Positions 57,471 through 64,000 of a DNA stretch of 64,000 nucleotides are shown piece by piece. Both the position numbers and the translations under genes were made by a program. Source of the DNA: Chromera velia. Its lineage: Eukaryota. Location: positions 1 through 64,000 of the forward strand of contig JAHBMJ010000410.1 in assembly GCA_018398765.1 (NCBI GenBank), read 5' to 3'. Under the pieces are notes generated by a model that had not been told where the DNA came from, did no database searches, and was given only the letters and a program-made list of their open reading frames with translations. How positions within the stretch are numbered: the stretch's first letter is position 1; the number at the start of each line of letters is the position of its first letter.

Positions 57471-59364
57471 CAGGAACAAATTCACAAAAAGCAACCCCAG
57501 TATCCTTATCATTGTTTTCTGAAAAAACTCTTAAATTTACTCAACTGTCTGCCAAAACTTTCTTGAAATTCGATTTCTATTTTTCAGAATTTTACAGCAA
57601 TTTTACTTAATGATGATACTATGCATAATGTCTCCAATTTGATTTGTTTAACCCTTTCTTTCTTTTGAGTGAGTAAATGATAGTAGTCATAGAAGCCGGT
57701 GGTAGTAGGAGTAGCAATATCTAATTTACCGTATGAAGTAGAAGTAGAGAAAAAAAAAGATTCAGTGAATATACTATCAAGGAACAATGCATACTGTTGT
57801 AACAGAGACAAAAAATCAATGGAGTGTTACATAAAGCCTTTAATGAGTATTCCTTGTAAAACCCCTCTAGCAATAACAGATAACTACCTTGTGCGCCTCT
57901 TTGTGTGTTCATCCGTTTTTACTGGATGCCACCGTCAGTGTGATGTTTCTGGCTCTCATCGGGACGTGTTTATGCGCTTTTTCAGCTGCTTCGCTGGCCT
58001 TTGCGTCACAACTGCTGCAGTCTCTCATGTGCTCCTGAGCTCTGAGTTTGTGTGATTCAGTTTGCTCTCGTTGCTTTATTTTCTACTTTCTCCAAGTATC
58101 ATCCACTGCATCATGAAGTACTTTGCTTGCTGTCATCTTTGTGTGGTTATTTTGCCTCTGTATTCTGCTCTTCGTCTGCTTTCATCTTGTCCTGTTGCTT
58201 GCCTTGTTGGCAGGGCGATGTTGCAGGTGGAGGTGGCTGCTGAGAAATCAAAAAGGCATGGGTGAGAGTCGAGGAGGGCGAAATGCCGTGGTTTCCGGAG
58301 GAGAACCAGGTACTGGTCGCGAGGGATGAGGGAGGGTTTCAAAGCCTTTTGCAGCGTTTGGATATTGCGGTGCTCTATCTAATTGATACGGATGGAAACG
58401 TGCTAACGGACGAACCTTTCGCGTTCTTTCAAGATTTCTAGAATGACAGCCACTTCTACTTGGGACAACCCACGTACTTTGCCAAGAGAGGTCCCACAAC
58501 AAGCAGCTCTATGCTGAAGTCTGTGCAAAATAATCTCCAAAACGTTTCTGAAAAGGCGGATGCTCTGATCAACACTGATAAGATCCAGGCTGTGGAGGTG
58601 TACGTACATCGTGCAAACGGCAGCATCGCAGGGAACGACGGTCTTTTCCACCAGAGAGGACGACATGACGTGAACATTCGGCAACCTGAGGGGGATGTTT
58701 TTGAGGTGGATTGTCTGCTGGTTGAAGAGGCTTGCATAACTGACTATACTAACAATTGAAACTTTTATACTGGAAAGTGACTTTAAAAAATTTAGTTTTT
58801 AAAACATTAAAATAGATAGTTTAACCTTTAAACTAATTGATTTTCATAATTTATTTAAGACTATTTAAGCTTAGTAAGATGTTTAAAAAATGAAATAAAA
58901 AAATGTATATATAGAGTATATATTTTTTTAAAACTATAAATTGTCTGGTACCTATCATCGTAAATTAACGTTAAGACGAAAACATAATAAAAAATGCATC
59001 TGAATGGCTCTGAATCGATCTGATTGAAGCATTTTTTCTTATGATCATAACTCTTTTGTTTTTAATTCATATGAGGCACTGCTCAATGGCGGGCGTGTCA
59101 AGGGTAGGNNNNNNNNNNNNNNNNNNNNNNNNNNNNNNNNNNNNNNNNNNNNNNNNNNNNNNNNNNNNNNNNNNNNNNNNNNNNNNNNNNNNNNNNNNNN
59201 NNNNNNNNNNGGGGGCATCTCAGTGTATATATCAAACACACCCGTGAACGCCACCTGCAGAAATACGTGCACACAAACAGAAAGTCAGTCGAATCGCCAG
59301 AATACACATAAAAGCATGCATACAAACACAACCTGTATCTTTAATTTACATCAGAATGATACAT

Positions 59365-60100
59365 GAAAGCAGGAAGACCGAAATTGGGAAAGCAATCGGA
59401 CGGGCAGGAAGGCTGAAATCGGAAAGGCAATCAGGCGGGCAGGAAAGCTGAAATTGGAAGGCAGTCAGGCCGCCAAGAAGACTAAAATTGGAAAGCAGGC
59501 ATGTAGGCAGAAACAACGAACTCTGGGAAGCAGTCAGACATACAAAAAGGCCGAACTTGGGAAGACAGTCGGGCCAGCAGGAAAAACAAAATTGGGAAAG
59601 CCATCGGGCAAGCAGAATGACCGAAATTAGAAAGCATTAGGAGGAAACTTAGGCAGGAAGGAAGGCTAAAATAGGGAAGGCAATCAAGCAGGCAGGAAAG
59701 CCGAAATTGAGAAGGCAACTGGATAGGCAGGAAGGCCAAAATTGCAAAGTCAGTCAGGCAGACAGAAAGGCCGAAATTTAGAAAGCATTGAGGCAGACAG
59801 AAAGACCGAAATTTGGAGGGCAGTCAGGCAGGCAAGAAGGCCGAAATGGGAAAGCAGTCAGCATGGCAGGAATGCAAAACTCTGGAAGGCAGTCAAGGAG
59901 GCAAGAAGGCCGAAATTGGGAAGGCAATCGGGCAGGCAAGAAGACCGAAATTGGGAGCGCGGCGAAGGCCGAAATTAGGAAGGCAATAGGGTGGGCGGAA
60001 AGGCTGAAATTGGAAAGGCATTTAGCCAGACAGAAAGGCCGAAAGCTAGAGGGCAGTCAAACAGGCAAGAATGGCAAAATTTCGGAGGCAGTCAGGCAGG
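59365..60100. repeat. Degenerate ~33-36-bp minisatellite, ~20 copies
   Basis: Approximate consensus GGCAGGCAGGAAGGCCGAAATTGGGAAGGCAGTCA repeats head-to-tail with no unique spacers. Confidence 0.85.
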
Positions 60101-60467
60101 TAGAAAAAAACACAGGCTCGGCACGTAGGGGCGCTGCTCCCTTTCGCAGTCTGAAGACTGCGGCCTTAACGAAAATGCAAAGACCTACCTCTGGAGGAAT
60201 TGAAGAAAGCCTGGGGCCCAGAACAAACATCTCCCAAATGAGACCAACGACCTGCAAAGAGCAGAGAAGGGGGGAAAGGGTGAGCAACACACGTAAAAGG
60301 AGACGGCAGTTTTTTGCCTTGCCGAGGGCAGACCGGTCAGTCGCTTAACAACCACAATGGCCAGGTTGCAACCATACAGGAACACTTACAGACATCATAC
60401 AAAGCCTTTTGCATGCACCAAGAAAGCTCATCTCTGCAAACAAGATTTTTTTAATTCCCTCACTGGG

Positions 60468-60694
60468 AGGGGGGGGTGGACCCTCTCGCAGGGGTACGAA
60501 GCTGGCCAATTTGGAACCCCTGGTGGAGGGGGGGGGTCCAACCTACTCTGCAAGTTTGCGTCCAAAATGTCTCTAAGAGTGTTTCTTAGACACATTTTGG
60601 ACGCAAACCTGTAGAGCAGGTCGGACCCCCCCCCTCCACCAGAGGTTCCAAATTGGCCAGCTTCGTACCCCTGCGAGAGGGTCCACCCCCCCCT
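60468..60694. mobile_element. 227-bp near-perfect palindrome (hairpin MITE-like)
   Basis: AGGGGGGGGTGGACCCTCTCGCAGGGGTACG... pairs with ...CGTACCCCTGCGAGAGGGTCCACCCCCCCCT; arms ~110 bp, loop near 60580. Confidence 0.85.
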
Positions 60695-63279
60695 GTTGCT
60701 GGTGGAACGACACAAAACGAATTGACCTGATTGAGCGACCCAAACCAGTCCGACAACCCTTCTAGTTGTTGGACAACTCCTTTGCACCGAGGCAACCACT
60801 CCCACGAGCAACCAGAGGTGTCCAGCCAACACAGATACCGGAGGGGGAAAAAACTCCGGAATCTGTAACCCCTCCAAAAATGAGGTTCTAGAATAACAAG
60901 TTAAACACGATTTCGTCATTGTCAAGCGTTCTAATACAATCCAATGGAACGCTTAACAACGAGATTTTGTGGATAGAAGCCCATTCTGTTGACCCGACTT
61001 TCTGAGTGGAGGAGAACTTTCTGAAGACCTGACTGAGAATTTTTCAGATCGGCATTTTGATGGGTCAGCGCGCAGCTAGGAAGTGCTTTTTGGCCTTGGT
61101 GGCCGGCCGGGCCCTGGCCCGCAACGCGTAGCTTGCCTTCCGAGGCCATCACATGGTTGGCCAATCTAAAATCGGCTCCCAAAATCGGCTTTCCATCGAA
61201 TGTTTCAAGTCGATCAGAGCAAGACCTAGTGCCGCCTCTCTCCCATCACACAGACTTGCTCTCCAGCGATGAAAGTAGGCTTTATCGAAAGCCCAGAGGA
61301 TTGGCTTCTTTTCTTTTTCTTGGGTTTATGATATTCACTCTACTGGTTGTCCTGAGAGCGTCGATCTTCCATCACGAAGGGCACGGCCCGTCTCCACGCA
61401 AAGGGGCCTACGAAGTTGCCCCAGTAAAGCTTCCATTGAATCCCTTCTGTACGTACGCTCTAACAAGCTCTAGATGCTGAGCTGGAAAGGCTTTCTGGAT
61501 GAGGGGGCCAGCTCTGGGTGGCCAGAAGGTGAGCCACTTTATGAATTTTTGCATATCTATACTGCAGGTCAGACTGAGCCTTTCTCGGAGGACCATTTAT
61601 CGGTGCTTGGGTTTCGTAAAGAAGCACTACGGCTGGTAATCTCGGGTGATCTGAAGTTGTGAAAGTGAGGCGCAGTTCTTGTTTGCATGAGAATTTGGAG
61701 GTAGGGCTCCTGGGTGGACTAAGACCCAGTGGCCAGTGCCGGGGCTCACCCAGAAAAAACAAGAACGCTATAATGGCCGGTCGTGGGCAAGGCCCTCTGG
61801 CTAGAGGCCATGGATCGATCAGGCTTTCAGAAGCTAAGCATTTACTTCTTATACGGTCATAGTACTCAACATTTGTTTGGTTGAACTGCTTTCTGTGGGT
61901 GTTAAATTGGCAGATCTGTTTGCGGACATTTATTCTTACCTTTCATGGGGGTTGCCCGTTGTGTGTTCCCTCCTTACATCAGTGTGCGGATTCGGCGTAT
62001 TCCATTAGAAGTAAAAGTTAGCTTGTTTGTGCATTACACTACGCATTGTCACATGTTTGCAGAGTTTGCAATCACTCCCCGATATATCAACATACTATAA
62101 CAGTTACTCTTTCACCTCACTCACGTCCAACAATTTCCAACATACACACCACAAACCCATTAAACCTTATCTTTAAAAGTTGTTCATACTTTCATGCAGG
62201 TAAAAAACAATAAATAAAATCATTCTAAGTGCTTTAAAGACTTAGTTTTTTATATAAAATTTAGTGTGATATATAGAAAATTAAAAGTCACTTTCTAGTA
62301 CAAAAGTTTCAATTGTCAGTACAGTCAGTTGCATGTGTATTGTAGAGTATAAGACAACTCTTGGATGGGATGGCGTCACCTAGATCGAGAGGCATATAAA
62401 TATCACCAAGGGGCAGGGTCGGAGGAACTACCCTGTGATTGACTTGCATGAATGGGAGGTGCAGAAAGCAGATAAGAAGTGGATGACGCTCCATGAGTGG
62501 GTGCGCAGTCACGAGTGGGTAGAGACCTTCAATTGTGAATCAGTCCCAAGCAAGATGCCCCTTCGGGGAGTGATTCTTGTGGGACGCATCAGGCCTGACT
62601 GTTAAGAAGCAGTAGAAAGCGGTTCGATTAGGCCGATCGAGGTCTTTCAAGTGGACGGACAGTTGATAAGGGTATCTCCGGAAAGTGGTGATGCATCGTC
62701 GTACTATTAGTAGTATTATCTAGAGTATTATCCTACACTAACACCATGGAATGATGTTATTTTACTTTCGTCATAAACGGAGTAATCCCGGCTTTGCTCG
62801 GTATTAAAGAATTATAAAAAAAGACCCAGGGTAACTCAGATAATATGCAGTAAAATCAAGTTAAGAAACATAGTTACGCAGATAGTAACTTAGTAATTTA
62901 AAAAAATATGTATATGAGAGTTTATTACATGCAGTGATAAAAATATTTAGTATTTGATTATATAGTATTTTTTTTACTATTAGCATTTAGATTGAGATAT
63001 ACTTTAAAAGACCGTACCCCCCCCCAAAAAATGAAAAAATGCGTTATGCGAGTGCGTGCGATCTCAGGGCCTCTCGGCTGATCTCAGCCGAGCTGAGCTG
63101 CCCCCCGAGGCGATGCGGAAATTTCTTTCCTTCAATTCAGACACATGCATGCTGTACGTTGAAATATATACGATGAATGTCGATCGCTTTAAAAAACCGA
63201 ACGAAACCGCACTTCGGGCTTCATCTGCAAGTGCAAAGAGTCCTCAAAAGAGCGCATGCAGGACTCGCCTTTTCACTTT

Positions 63280-63851
63280 GCCATGCGACCATGAAGGTTG
63301 CTTCAGTAGGCAGGGGCTGTTCTGAGCAGTCCTCCCTGAGGCAGACTGCAGCACAAATTGCTCGTGAGTGCGAGGACCTCTGTTTTCAGCTGCTTGACAG
63401 GCCGAAAGAGCGGGCTCAGGTGAGGCCCCTCTCACCACCGGTCCAGCGCTCACATGATGATCACCTTACCCTCTCCCCTCCCCAGGAACCTCTTGAGTCC
63501 CACCTCATTTGGGTGAGTAAGTGCCTTTGCTATTTTTTGTGTCGGGTCGATCTTCTCCTGGCCTGTTCCCTTGTATGCTTTCAAGGTATGCAAATTGTTT
63601 GCATGCAGTTTCGAAAGGAGATCTGCAGAGTCGCGCAACTCCTCGAGCGCCGAAGTAGACGGGCTGAGGAGGTGCCGAGTGCTTCAGTCAACCGCGTTGC
63701 TCCTGTTTCGATTTCTGTCTCTGAGAAGCACACCGATAGACAGCGAGAGCGGGAGCGAGTAAAACCCCCAAAACAATCTGAACTTGACGACAAGGAGCTT
63801 CTGGAGGAGCTGGGAAAGACGCAAAATGAGTTGGAGGTTGGCTCCCACTGA
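63280..63851 (+). CDS. Possible exons of a hypothetical protein
   Basis: Protein-like frame with a GTGAGT donor at ~63513; no family recognised. Confidence 0.2.
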
Positions 63852-64000
63852 GTGACTGGCTGACGGACTGCATGAATAATTGCATGCATGGGCATGCTTC
63901 AATGAGTACCAGGATGACTGTTTGACTGACTGACAAACCGCCTGGCTGCATTGCCGGGTTGTTAGTTGTTTGCTTATCCGCCTGCTTGCTTGTTTGCTTG

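Noticed and set aside
59365..60100. CRISPR-like array
   Set aside because: Degenerate head-to-tail units without unique spacers, eukaryotic context and no cas genes.

Overview
Eukaryotic, intron-rich, microsatellite-rich DNA, probably from a protist (an alveolate-like genome is a guess from intron style only). Two intact spliced host genes sit head-to-head: a mitochondrial carrier (5 exons, minus strand, 31577-33741) and a bubblegum-type long-chain acyl-CoA synthetase (6 exons, plus strand, 39099-43687). Most of the rest is transposon-derived: (1) a 14.7-kb Ty1/copia-order LTR retrotransposon (3241-17962, 5-bp TSD) with one ~4,300-codon frame, large unexplained extra domains, a DD(42)E integrase, TG...CT termini and a tRNA-His-like PBS; (2) a normal-sized degenerate copia with a nested MITE; (3) a non-autonomous LTR element; (4) a foldback-like TIR element; (5) a CRE-like LINE fragment; (6) a 227-bp palindrome and several tandem arrays. 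The strongest cross-cutting signal is transition-only hypermutation of repeats. The giant element has about 30 in-frame TAG/TGA stops but no frameshift in 13 kb, and its LTRs differ by about 37 transitions versus 1 transversion, many outside CpG. This resembles fungal RIP in what does not look like a fungus. No RNA genes or CRISPR arrays were supported. All counts are manual.
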